Positions 55,674 through 64,000 of a stretch of DNA of 64,000 nucleotides are shown piece by piece. Position numbers and translations under genes: made by a program. The stretch's first letter is position 1. The number at the start of each line of letters is the position of its first letter. The notes under the pieces were generated by a model. It did no database searches. It saw only the letters and a program-made list of their open reading frames with translations, and was not told where the DNA came from. The stretch comes from Rariglobus sp. Its GTDB lineage: Bacteria > Verrucomicrobiota > Verrucomicrobiia > Opitutales > Opitutaceae. Location of the stretch: NCBI GenBank assembly GCA_035459785.1, contig DATHXF010000083.1, positions 1 through 64,000 of the forward strand, given 5' to 3'.

Positions 55674-55743
55674 GGAATGAGGGGGGCGGCTCCTCGGGGA
55701 AGCAGCCCCCGAGCAGCGGAAATGTCTCATCCTGCCTGATAGA

Positions 55744-55775
55744 TTACGTTAATAAGTCAATACATCTAACGTTAA
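55744..55775. promoter_or_regulatory. Two AACGTT-core palindromic half/full sites (TTACGTTAAT, TAACGTTAA) in the divergent LacI / minus-strand-operon promoter region; candidate LacI-family operators
   Basis: Read in sequence at 55744-55753 and 55767-55775 within an AT-rich 200-bp intergenic region. Confidence 0.35.
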
Positions 55776-55901
55776 AATTCATTCAATTTCAGCAACCAGT
55801 AATCACCCTCCGCCTAAAATCCACGCGTGCTCCCCGCTGGTAACTCACCACCAAATCAATTGATCAACGAGTTACGCATGCAGCCAAACTTTGCGATTGA
55901 A

Positions 55902-55911
55902 TTAACGTTAA
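55902..55911. promoter_or_regulatory. Perfect palindrome TTAACGTTAA 20 bp upstream of the LacI gene start (candidate autoregulatory operator)
   Basis: Read in sequence at 55902-55911; CG-centred palindromes are typical LacI-family operators. Confidence 0.4.
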
Positions 55912-55930
55912 TTTTTAAGTTCATGACAGA

Positions 55931-56932
55931 ATGCAAGTGAGCCAAAAAACAATCGCGAATGCCCTTAATGTATCGATCGTCACCGTTTCCCGAGCCCTTC
56001 GCAACCGACCCGACCTGGCGGAGGACACCAAGCATCGCATTCTGCAAAAAGCGCAGGAACTCGGTTACAAAAAAAACTCCGCGAAAGCCGCCGCAGCCAA
56101 GCCAGGCAAAGATACCCAAGTCCGGCGTGTGGGCATCCTGTTTTATGAGAACGAAGGCACCCCCCACATCGATATGCTCAAGTCCGAGGCCCTTCGGCTC
56201 ATTTTCCGCTCGATCCAAAAAGAATGCCAGCGCCTCGAAGTCGAAACCCTGATCGAAACACCCTCTACAGATCACTCCGTTACTCCGCTGATCCTCAAAA
56301 ATCGAGCCGTGGACGGCGTGTTCCTGCTCGGTCGCTACTCGGCCAAAACCGTTGAGATGATTGGCGATACTCCTGTTTTGGCAGTCAGCAGCTTCATTGA
56401 GTGCCCGAAACTGCCGCGCATTGTCGCCGACAATTTCCACGGCATGCGAAAAGCGACCGACCACCTTATCCAGCTAGGCCATAAAAAAATCCTTTTTATC
56501 GGGGACATTCAACAAGGCACACAGCTCTTTCGCGAGCGCTCGTATGGGTATATGGCAGCCATGCATGAACAAGGACTCGCGCCATCCGTCCACTTTTTCG
56601 AAAGCAGCAACAAACCGGTCCCTCTTGAGGAAATCTCCCGGCACACAGCCGTCGCCTGCAGCAATGACACGATTGCCTACCTCATCCAAAGAAAACTTCT
56701 CGCGGTCGGGAAGAAACTGCCTGAGGACTGCAGCTTGGTTTCGTTCGACAACCTCGCACCGCTGGATCACCCAAACCCGATCACCTCCTACGGACCCGAT
56801 TGGGAACTGATGGGGAAAATGGCCGCCGACCTACTTCTGTCCACACCACTCGATATCCGCGGAAAAAACGTCGTAGTAACAATCCCAGGCACGCTCTTCG
56901 TCCACAAATCCACCTGCCCCATTGCTGGGTGA
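55931..56932 (+). CDS. LacI-family transcriptional regulator
   Basis: 333 aa; MQVSQKTIANALNVSIVTVSRALRNRPDLAEDTKHRILQKAQELGY HTH plus sugar-binding domain. Confidence 0.8.
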   Translation: MQVSQKTIANALNVSIVTVSRALRNRPDLAEDTKHRILQKAQELGYKKNSAKAAAAKPGKDTQVRRVGILFYENEGTPHIDMLKSEALRLIFRSIQKECQRLEVETLIETPSTDHSVTPLILKNRAVDGVFLLGRYSAKTVEMIGDTPVLAVSSFIECPKLPRIVADNFHGMRKATDHLIQLGHKKILFIGDIQQGTQLFRERSYGYMAAMHEQGLAPSVHFFESSNKPVPLEEISRHTAVACSNDTIAYLIQRKLLAVGKKLPEDCSLVSFDNLAPLDHPNPITSYGPDWELMGKMAADLLLSTPLDIRGKNVVVTIPGTLFVHKSTCPIAG

Positions 56933-57342
56933 GCTAAACTCCGCCACCCCTTCAGCAAGCAGAGTGGATTGAGCGGCCATGATTTGGATCTGAGTTTTTA
57001 TGAGCTTAGAGTTCATAGCTCAAGATGGCGACCACCCCAATACGCCACCCATGGCCGCCAAGTCGTGATCGTGGGAAGTGATCGGATAGTTGAGCTTTTC
57101 CTGCACACGGAGATATTCCCGCATACTCAGCCGTGCGCAAACGCAGTGCTTCGCTGCGAAGCTCAGGATTCTCGGCGTTAGTGCTCACGAAAAAAACAGC
57201 ACCCAGAAGCGAGCAAAAGGCGAGATTCGGTCTGCCTACCGAGAGCTAAAAACACGCCGCCGAAACCAGTGACATAAAGATCGGCCAATTCAGGCCAGGC
57301 TTTCTGTCACGAACCAAAGCAACTAAATCCGCTGCGCGAAGT

Positions 57343-57418
<76 letters not shown>

Positions 57419-57502
57419 GCTCGCACCGCTGATCCGGCGCACAGCAACGTGAAACACGGACGCGCGGCCAAGGTAAAGCCCGCATCTTGCCACCGCGCCC
57501 AA

Positions 57503-59059
57503 TCAGCGCTGCTTCGCGTAGATCATCTTGTCCGCAACCGACGCCCATAGCCGGTTGATGCCGTCGGAGCCTTCCTTCGTGTGGTGCACGCCGTCCTTGG
57601 CGAGCGCCGTCGCGTGGTTTTCACGGGTGTAGGTCCAGTAATCCGCATAGGGCATCTGCGTTTTCGGATCGCACGCGTAGGGAGCGTGCGTGCGCGCAAA
57701 CACATCCACGCCGGCCAGGTTCACCGCGAGGGTGTTGTAGAAGACGTTATATTTATTCGGCTCCAGCGTCTCCTTGTTCAGGTAGCCGTTGGAATACTCG
57801 ATGCGCACGGGCACCAAAAATATGCCGTGACTCTTACAGAGCTCCTGCGCCTCGGTGAGGCTCTGGATAAACTTCGGCCCCATCCAGAGGCCGCCGCCCA
57901 CCCCGATGTCATTGAAGCCGGTTTCGAGGCAAAGAATCGTTCCCGTCGGCACGGCGGTCCCGTTGGGCGCGGCCTGCACCGGCAGTGAGTTTTTCAATCG
58001 CGCGAGCGTGTTGGCGATCACCTCGCCGCCCTGCGAGGAATTCACGACCATCGGATAACGGTCAGGATGTTGCTGCCGCACCAAATCGGCAAACTTCACG
58101 CCCTGCCCGTCGGGCGACCCGCCGGAGATATCCTGCACGATCAGGCTGTCGCCGGCGAAGATCCAGTAGTCGTTACGAAAGCCGGCGGGCGCGGCGCGGA
58201 ACACGTCCAGACGGCACAATTGAAAGCTGCCGGAGTTCCGCACGCCGATCCACTTCGGTTTGTTGTTCGGAATGACAACCACACCGTCGAGATACTTGTT
58301 CGACCCGCTCGCGATCTCTTTCCACGTGCCGTCGCTACCGTCGGTCGAATCGTGGCTCTCGGTGATCACGTAGTCCTTCAGCGCGCGCCAGTTGATGTTG
58401 TAGGCATGACCCTTGCCCGAGTTGTCCGAGCGGAAATTCAACATCAGGTAGGCCGCATCGCCGATGGGTGTCGTGGTGTTGAGTTTGATCTTCACTTCGG
58501 TCGCACCCTCGATCCCGCAACTGGTGGCATCCGAACCGTCCACCAGGTCGGACAGTTTTCCGACTTTCGGCACCGAACTGCTCACAAGGGTCGCGCCCAG
58601 GCTGACGCACATGTTCCTGGCGATGCGCACCGGAAAATCCGCGCCCGCCACCGGCGTGATCGTGAAGCCCTGCACCGCGGGCGACTGCGCACTCACGCCA
58701 TGGGCGTAGGCTGCGGCCACCTTGAAATAATACGTGGTGCCGGGAGAAAGTTTTTTGATCGTCGAGGTGCGTTCGGTGACGTCGGCGACTCGGGTAAACG
58801 TGCCGTCCTTGGTCGCACTGGAATATACGGTGTAAACCTTCGCGTCATTGTTGGGCGCGCGATACCAGGCGAGCGTGATGCTGTCGGCGGAATTGGCTAC
58901 CATCGCCACGCCAAGCGGCACGGCGGGAACGGGCGGAGCCGACGGTGCGCCTGGTGTCGCGGATGCCGCCGGTGCCGGAGTTCCGGTCTGGGAAAACGCG
59001 GTGGCCGCAACCACACCGGCCAATAAAAACGCCGTCACTGCTTTGGTTCTTAAAATCAT
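57503..59059 (-). CDS. Secreted fibronectin-III-like + SGNH hydrolase fusion (esterase)
   Basis: ORF trimmed to ATG 59057-59059; signal peptide, Pro/Ala-rich linker, FN3-like (TYYFKV), then IFAGDSLIV (block I) and DGVHHTKEG (DxxH). Confidence 0.65.
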   Translation of the reverse strand: MILRTKAVTAFLLAGVVAATAFSQTGTPAPAASATPGAPSAPPVPAVPLGVAMVANSADSITLAWYRAPNNDAKVYTVYSSATKDGTFTRVADVTERTSTIKKLSPGTTYYFKVAAAYAHGVSAQSPAVQGFTITPVAGADFPVRIARNMCVSLGATLVSSSVPKVGKLSDLVDGSDATSCGIEGATEVKIKLNTTTPIGDAAYLMLNFRSDNSGKGHAYNINWRALKDYVITESHDSTDGSDGTWKEIASGSNKYLDGVVVIPNNKPKWIGVRNSGSFQLCRLDVFRAAPAGFRNDYWIFAGDSLIVQDISGGSPDGQGVKFADLVRQQHPDRYPMVVNSSQGGEVIANTLARLKNSLPVQAAPNGTAVPTGTILCLETGFNDIGVGGGLWMGPKFIQSLTEAQELCKSHGIFLVPVRIEYSNGYLNKETLEPNKYNVFYNTLAVNLAGVDVFARTHAPYACDPKTQMPYADYWTYTRENHATALAKDGVHHTKEGSDGINRLWASVADKMIYAKQR

Positions 59060-59190
59060 GAACGAGGGGTATCCTGCAGCGGGATTAAAATGCGCAGGGA
59101 ATGCGTGCATGAACATCCGGCCGCCCGTGCCGCGTCAACGAACGCACCGCTAAACTGTTGAGCGGCGGCAGCGGCGGGGTTGCCCACACC

Positions 59191-60282
59191 TTACGAAATC
59201 TGCCGGTCCGGTCTCGGCAGCACATCAGGCATGAGTCCGCCCTGCTCGGAAATGAACCGCGCGATGGGCTTCGAGAGCGTGCCGCCGGCCTGCCAGAATT
59301 CGTCCACGAGCCAGGAACGCGGACGCGAGGGCAGCCCGATTTCTCCGCTCTCCAGCAGCAGCGAAAGCATCTCCACCGCCGAGCGGCCCAGCCCCGGATA
59401 ATCGCGCACCATGCCCGACATGTTCGGGTCACGCGTGTCGCTCGCGTTCACGCAAAACAGCGAGACGTCGCCCGGCCACGTCACTTTCATTTTTTTCAAC
59501 CACCCGCAAATTTCCGCCGCATGGTGGATGAACAGCACATCCGGCTGGTAACGATTGAACCAGGCGCGAAAGGTCGCCTCCGTCCACGGCCCCGTCGCGG
59601 CCACCACGGGGATGCGTTGCGCCTCCGGCTGGCGCAGTTGCGAGACAAGATACGCCGCGTAATACGTGCCGCGCTGGTGCTGGTTCTGCATCGGCTCGAT
59701 CGCCATGCCGATGCGCTTGTAGCCGGCTTTCTTCAACAGATGGATGCCCTCGATCACCTTGTTGTAATCCGAGGTCTCGACGTGGTGCAGGTTTCGCGGA
59801 TTCCACAAGGTCCGGCCGATCTCCACCGCGGCCAGCTCCGACCAATCGAGATGCAGCCGCGGCTGCAAATGTTCCAACCGCGGAATGATGATGACACCGC
59901 GAATGCCGCGCGCCTTCAGCACGCGCTTGAGCCGGCGGTGGTCCGCCGGTTTGTCGCTCAACACAAACGCCTCCAGCTTGAGCCCCATCGATTCCGCGCG
60001 CTGCGCCGCCGCCCGATGCATCTCCTTTTGGTATTCGGGCCCCGTCTCGGTGGCGTATTCGAGGATGAACCCGATGGTCTCGCGGTAACGCTCGCCCGGC
60101 GCCTGCCTCGCCAGCGACAGCGCCTTCGCCAGAATCGGGTTGGGCTCGTAGCCCAATTCCTTGGCCACGCGGAGGATGTTGGCGCGCGTTTCGGCCGAGA
60201 GACGCCCCGCCCCGCGCATGGCCAGTGAAACGGCGGCGGGACTGACGCCCGCGAGGTGCGCAACGATGCGGATGGACGACAT
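59191..60282 (-). CDS. LacI-family transcriptional regulator
   Basis: 363 aa; MSSIRIVAHLAGVSPAAVSLAMRGAGRLSAETRANILRVAKELGY HTH plus sugar-binding domain. Confidence 0.8.
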   Translation of the reverse strand: MSSIRIVAHLAGVSPAAVSLAMRGAGRLSAETRANILRVAKELGYEPNPILAKALSLARQAPGERYRETIGFILEYATETGPEYQKEMHRAAAQRAESMGLKLEAFVLSDKPADHRRLKRVLKARGIRGVIIIPRLEHLQPRLHLDWSELAAVEIGRTLWNPRNLHHVETSDYNKVIEGIHLLKKAGYKRIGMAIEPMQNQHQRGTYYAAYLVSQLRQPEAQRIPVVAATGPWTEATFRAWFNRYQPDVLFIHHAAEICGWLKKMKVTWPGDVSLFCVNASDTRDPNMSGMVRDYPGLGRSAVEMLSLLLESGEIGLPSRPRSWLVDEFWQAGGTLSKPIARFISEQGGLMPDVLPRPDRQIS

Positions 60283-60293
60283 GCGAACACGGA

Positions 60294-60308
60294 TTGATCA
60301 GTGATCAA
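60294..60308. promoter_or_regulatory. 15-bp perfect palindrome TTGATCAgTGATCAA 12 bp upstream of the LacI start in the divergent LacI/(alpha/alpha)6-protein promoter region; candidate operator
   Basis: Read in sequence at 60294-60308. Confidence 0.35.
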
Positions 60309-60354
60309 CAGTTTAGCAAGGCAATCATTGTTCGGACCGGCGAACGCTGGCTCG

Positions 60355-62466
60355 ATGAGCCCCGTAAACCACCCCGAGCCCCGCCCCTACTTACCGTCAG
60401 ATCCTTTTTCGATGAGCACACACGAATCGCTGCATTACGGCACCTGGACACACGACGATGCGGGACTTCCCTGCTTCGACGGCCGCTTCGAGGGCGCGGT
60501 GGCGATCGACCGGCCGTTCATGCACGGGATTTCCAGCGGACGCATCCAGGCGCTGATCAACCGTCACGGCCTCGTGCACCTGTTCACCACCGAAGGCGGC
60601 TACACCGATCTTTCCGCCAACACGTTCTGCGGACGCAGCGGCCTCTATCTCGAACTCGAAATCGGTGCCGACCGTTATTCGCTTATCCACACCGATCTCT
60701 CCGAAAGCCTCTCGGTGCGCTACGGCATCGGCTACGCGAAGTTCACCGGCATCTGGCGCGACGGCCAGGGTGGCGTGCTTGAGGTGGAGCAGGAATTCTA
60801 CGTCGTGCCCGACCGCCAGGCCCGCGTGCTCGGACGTTTTCATCTGCGCAACACCGGCGCCCGCGCCGTCGAAGGCCGCCTGCGCGTGCGTGCCGATATC
60901 GAGCCGAACCGCAAGAGCGGTCCCTCCCCGCGCGAACTCGCCGGCGCCCCCGGCGGCGTGCAATGGCGCAACTTTCACAAGGGCCTCGGTGCTTTCCAAC
61001 TCGTCGCCGAACCCGACTTCTCCTCGTGTCCGCAGGAAGGCGTCGCGCTCCTGCTCGCCGCACCGCTGCACCTCGCGCCGCGCGCCAGCCGCACGCTGAC
61101 CGCACAGGTTGGCCACGGCGTGCAGCCGCTTCCGCCCGCAGTCGAGCCCGACATCTCGCGTCAGGCGTGGGCGCAGCGTTTGTCGGCTCTCGATTTCTCC
61201 GGCCACCAGGGCTGGATGCACGACGAGGCGGTCTGGAGCGCCGGCCAGTTGTATGGTTACGAGGCGTGGGATTCTTCGGTCGGCGAACACTACCTAAACC
61301 TCGGCGGCTACGGCTGGATCGGCTTCGGCGTCCGCGAAGTGCCCGAGACCGCGATCGCCGTCGTCGCGCATGATCCCGACCTCGCGTTCACCTGCCTGCG
61401 CTGGACCGCCAAGGTCCAATACACAAACGGCGACCTCCCCCATTGCCACGCCTTCCGCCGCCCCGAGGCCGGCGAAACGCTCGCCACCGGCCACCGCGAA
61501 AGCGACAACGAGATCTGGTTCGTCCTCGCCTGCGCCGAGGTCGTCCACGCCACGGGCAACACGGCGTTCCTCGACGAAACCCTGCCGTTTTGGGAAGGCG
61601 AATCCGCCACGGTGTGGGAACACCTTCGCCGCGCCGTCGACTGGATTTTCTCCGGCGTGGGACTCGGTTCGCACGGACTCATCCGCATCGCCGAGGGAGA
61701 CTGGAACGACTACCTCTCGCACGTCGGTGCGCGCGGCTTCGGCGAATCGATGATGAACACCGGCATGGCCTGCCGCGCACTCGACCGGCTCATCCCGCTC
61801 GCCGAGACGCGCGACCCGGTCTTTGCCAAAGCCTGCTCCGTCCGCCTCGCCGCGTTGCGCGCCGCCGCGACCGCCGCGTTTGACGGCCGCTGGTTTGTGC
61901 GCGGCTACACCGACGACGGCGCGCCGTTCGGCACCGTCGCCGAAAACCGCGTATTTTTGAACGCCCAGAGCTGGTGCGTGCTCGGCGGCTGCGGCACCCC
62001 TGCCATGCGCGAGAGCGCCATGCGCGCGGTGCTCGAAAAATGTCACAACGAGATCGGCCTCACCCTCATGAGCCGGCCCTACCCCTGTCCTCCTCCGCCC
62101 GACATGTCCACGTGTCCGATTCCCGCCGGTGAAGGCGAGAACTCCGGCATCTGGCCGCAGACCGTGCACTGGACGATCTGGGCGCTGACCGAGCTCGGCT
62201 GGACGCAGGAGGCGCTCGATGTGTGGCGCCGCATCAGCCTGCGCAACCACTCCCGTCTTCATCCCGAGGTTCCCTACGGCATTTTCAACGGACCCGATTG
62301 CTACTCCTCCCATCACGCCGGTGAACGCGAAGGCTGGACCCAGGTCGAGATGCTCGACCGCGCCAAATTCCCTCCGATGAACCCGATGGTCGCCTGGCAG
62401 GCCTTCGGCCTGAATCGCATTTCTCAAACATCGTCCGTCAAAACTCCCCATCTCGTCACCACATGA
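60355..62466 (+). CDS. Cytoplasmic six-hairpin (alpha/alpha)6-barrel glycosidase/phosphorylase-like protein, family unassigned
   Basis: about 700 aa without signal peptide; beta-sandwich N-half, C-half with helical-barrel-like composition (...IRIAEGDWNDYLSHVG...IWPQTVHWTIWALTELGW...). Start ambiguous (ATG 60355 or 60412). Low-confidence family call. Confidence 0.4.
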   Translation: MSPVNHPEPRPYLPSDPFSMSTHESLHYGTWTHDDAGLPCFDGRFEGAVAIDRPFMHGISSGRIQALINRHGLVHLFTTEGGYTDLSANTFCGRSGLYLELEIGADRYSLIHTDLSESLSVRYGIGYAKFTGIWRDGQGGVLEVEQEFYVVPDRQARVLGRFHLRNTGARAVEGRLRVRADIEPNRKSGPSPRELAGAPGGVQWRNFHKGLGAFQLVAEPDFSSCPQEGVALLLAAPLHLAPRASRTLTAQVGHGVQPLPPAVEPDISRQAWAQRLSALDFSGHQGWMHDEAVWSAGQLYGYEAWDSSVGEHYLNLGGYGWIGFGVREVPETAIAVVAHDPDLAFTCLRWTAKVQYTNGDLPHCHAFRRPEAGETLATGHRESDNEIWFVLACAEVVHATGNTAFLDETLPFWEGESATVWEHLRRAVDWIFSGVGLGSHGLIRIAEGDWNDYLSHVGARGFGESMMNTGMACRALDRLIPLAETRDPVFAKACSVRLAALRAAATAAFDGRWFVRGYTDDGAPFGTVAENRVFLNAQSWCVLGGCGTPAMRESAMRAVLEKCHNEIGLTLMSRPYPCPPPPDMSTCPIPAGEGENSGIWPQTVHWTIWALTELGWTQEALDVWRRISLRNHSRLHPEVPYGIFNGPDCYSSHHAGEREGWTQVEMLDRAKFPPMNPMVAWQAFGLNRISQTSSVKTPHLVTT

Positions 62467-63230
62467 AATTTACCCCGCTCGCCCGCACCGCGTTTCTCGC
62501 GTCCGTCCTTTCGCTCACCAGCGCCCTCTTCGCCGCCGGCAACGGCCCCACGCCCTACCCGGCCCAGTCCGACGAAGCCGCCTGGCCCGGCGTGGGCCCG
62601 ATCCGCGTCGGCGCATGGATGAACGACAATCGCGTTTACTCCTGGACCCTCCGCGAAAAAGACCAGGGAGCCGTCGTCTTCGTCGGTGACTCCCTCGTCG
62701 GCGGATGGAAAGGCCTCGGGAAAGCATTCCCCGGCATCAAGGTCGCCAATCGCGGCGTCGGCGGCGATGTGAGCCGCGGCGTCCTTTTCCGCTTCCAGGA
62801 AGACGTCCTCGATCTTCATCCCCGTGCCATCGTGTTCTGCGTCGGCAGCAACGACCTCAGCGCCCACGGCAAGACCGACCACACGATCGCAAACCTCGCC
62901 ACTCTGGTGCAACACGCTCACGAGGCCAACCCCGCGACGCCGCTCATTTTCTGCACGATTCCTCCGCGCAACGCGCCCAACGCCCCGATCGTCCCCGGCT
63001 CGCTCGACGCCCTCAACCTTCGCCTGAAAGCCTTCGCGCAGGGCAAACCCAACATCGTGGTCGTCGATCTCTTCACCGCCCTCGCAAACGCCGACGGCAC
63101 GCCCAACCCCGACTTCATCGGCAAGGACGGCATCCACATCACCCCCGCCGGCTATGAAAAATGGACCTCCCTGCTCCGTCCGGTGTTCACCTCGCTGGGC
63201 ATTGTCGCCGAAACCCCCGTCGCCAAATAA
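62463..63230 (+). CDS. SGNH/GDSL hydrolase (secreted esterase), paralog of 14470..15213
   Basis: 255 aa; signal peptide; VVFVGDSLVGGW, GVGGD, VGSNDL, DGIHITPAGY. ATGA start/stop overlap with the upstream gene. Confidence 0.75.
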   Translation: MKFTPLARTAFLASVLSLTSALFAAGNGPTPYPAQSDEAAWPGVGPIRVGAWMNDNRVYSWTLREKDQGAVVFVGDSLVGGWKGLGKAFPGIKVANRGVGGDVSRGVLFRFQEDVLDLHPRAIVFCVGSNDLSAHGKTDHTIANLATLVQHAHEANPATPLIFCTIPPRNAPNAPIVPGSLDALNLRLKAFAQGKPNIVVVDLFTALANADGTPNPDFIGKDGIHITPAGYEKWTSLLRPVFTSLGIVAETPVAK

Positions 63231-63238
63231 TTTATCCG

Positions 63239-63280
63239 CAGCCGCGGCGTGATTGTCACGCCGCGGCTACTCGGTTTTTC
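63239..63280 (+). terminator. Rho-independent terminator candidate: 13-14-bp perfect stem (CAGCCGCGGCGTGA / TCACGCCGCGGCTG) with 3-nt loop, followed by TCGGTTTTTCTT
   Basis: Read in sequence 9 bp after the TAA stop (63228-63230) of the SGNH gene. Confidence 0.55.
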
Positions 63281-63310
63281 TTGGATCACCCCACCGCTTA
63301 GTCACCCCAC

Positions 63311-64000
63311 ATGAAGCCCCCCGCCCCAGCCCCTCGGCGGCGTCAGGCCGGATTTGCCCTGCTGATCACCATCACGCTGCTGGCTTTTCTCGTCCTGCTG
63401 CTGGTCTCGCTCTCCGCGCTCACCCGCGTCGAGACACAGGTGGCCGGCAACAACCAAAAGCTCACCCAAGCCCGTCAAAACGCCCTCATGGCGATGAATG
63501 TCGCCCTCGGTCGTCTGCAGGCTTCCGCCGGTCCCGATACCCGCGCCACCGCCACCGCCGATCTCGTTTCCGGCCGCCACATCGACAAAAAAAACTGGAC
63601 CGGCGTCTGGAACGCCTCCGCCGCCGGCGCCGACAAAAACATCGCCTGGCTGGTCTCGGGCACCGCCCCCGCCGGCTCGGCCGGTGTAACCGGCGCGCTG
63701 GCCGCCGCCAGCGGCAACTCCCTCGTCGAACTCGTCGGCGCGGGCAGCACCGACATCGCCAACCAAGCCGCCACGGGCAACCGCGTGCAGGTCGAAACCC
63801 AACCGATCACTTCCGACGCGGTGCCCGGCCTGACCGGCATCCAGACCGTCGGCAACTTCGCCTACTGGGTCGGCGACGAAGGCGTGAAGTCCAAGGTCTC
63901 GCTCGCCGACCCTTGGGACAATCCCGCGTCCGCGACTCTCAACGCCACGATTCCGCCCACCACGCCGGCGCAGGCGCAGTCCTACCGCTTCATCAACGCC
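63311..64000 (+). CDS. Giant GspK/PilX-like N-terminus protein, copy 3 (5' 690 nt only; runs off the window end)
   Basis: ATG 63311; MKPPAPAPRRRQAGFALLITITLLAFLVLLLVSLSALTRVETQVAGNNQKLTQARQNALMAMNVALGRLQ...GNFAYWVGDEGVKSKVSL..., near-identical N-terminal 70 aa to copies 1 and 2. Not in the ORF track because it is open at the edge. Confidence 0.65.
   Translation, partial: MKPPAPAPRRRQAGFALLITITLLAFLVLLLVSLSALTRVETQVAGNNQKLTQARQNALMAMNVALGRLQASAGPDTRATATADLVSGRHIDKKNWTGVWNASAAGADKNIAWLVSGTAPAGSAGVTGALAAASGNSLVELVGAGSTDIANQAATGNRVQVETQPITSDAVPGLTGIQTVGNFAYWVGDEGVKSKVSLADPWDNPASATLNATIPPTTPAQAQSYRFINA

Noticed and set aside
60397-62451. Two long minus-strand ORFs (60397..61290, 61294..62451) opposite the (alpha/alpha)6 gene
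   Set aside because: Antisense artefacts with low-complexity Gly/Ala/Arg translations.

Overview
High-GC (about 62-65%) chromosomal segment carrying roughly 40 genes, densely packed and mostly on the minus strand. The content points to a Verrucomicrobiota (Opitutaceae-like) polysaccharide-degrading bacterium; this is inference from PEP-CTERM proteins, CAZyme density and giant Verru_Chthon-cassette-like proteins. The provided ORF track evidently accepts GTG/TTG starts, so several ORFs were trimmed to internal ATG starts that sit next to signal peptides. Housekeeping at the left edge: partial mgtE (N-terminus), an MscS-family channel and a flotillin/SPFH protein. The remainder is carbohydrate-active machinery: GH116, GH30, three GH16(-like), GH36, a heparinase II/III-like lyase, CE12 and sialate-O-acetylesterase-like SGNH esterases, two Gfo/Idh/MocA oxidoreductases, two GPH-type MFS symporters, three LacI regulators and one AraC regulator, two PEP-CTERM surface proteins, two large pectin-lyase-fold proteins with CBM-like modules, and one tRNA (anticodon CAT). 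The standout feature is a family of three paralogous giant proteins (1175 aa, 1287 aa and a >229-aa fragment at the window end). Each has a GspK/PilX-like pseudopilin N-terminus and a strongly conserved C-terminus. The two complete copies are each overlapped at the 3' end by a roughly 250-aa secreted partner gene, and each sits in a LacI-associated CAZyme operon. This looks like an uncharacterised pilin-like surface system grafted onto glycan-utilisation loci. No CRISPR arrays, rRNA or recognisable mobile elements were seen.
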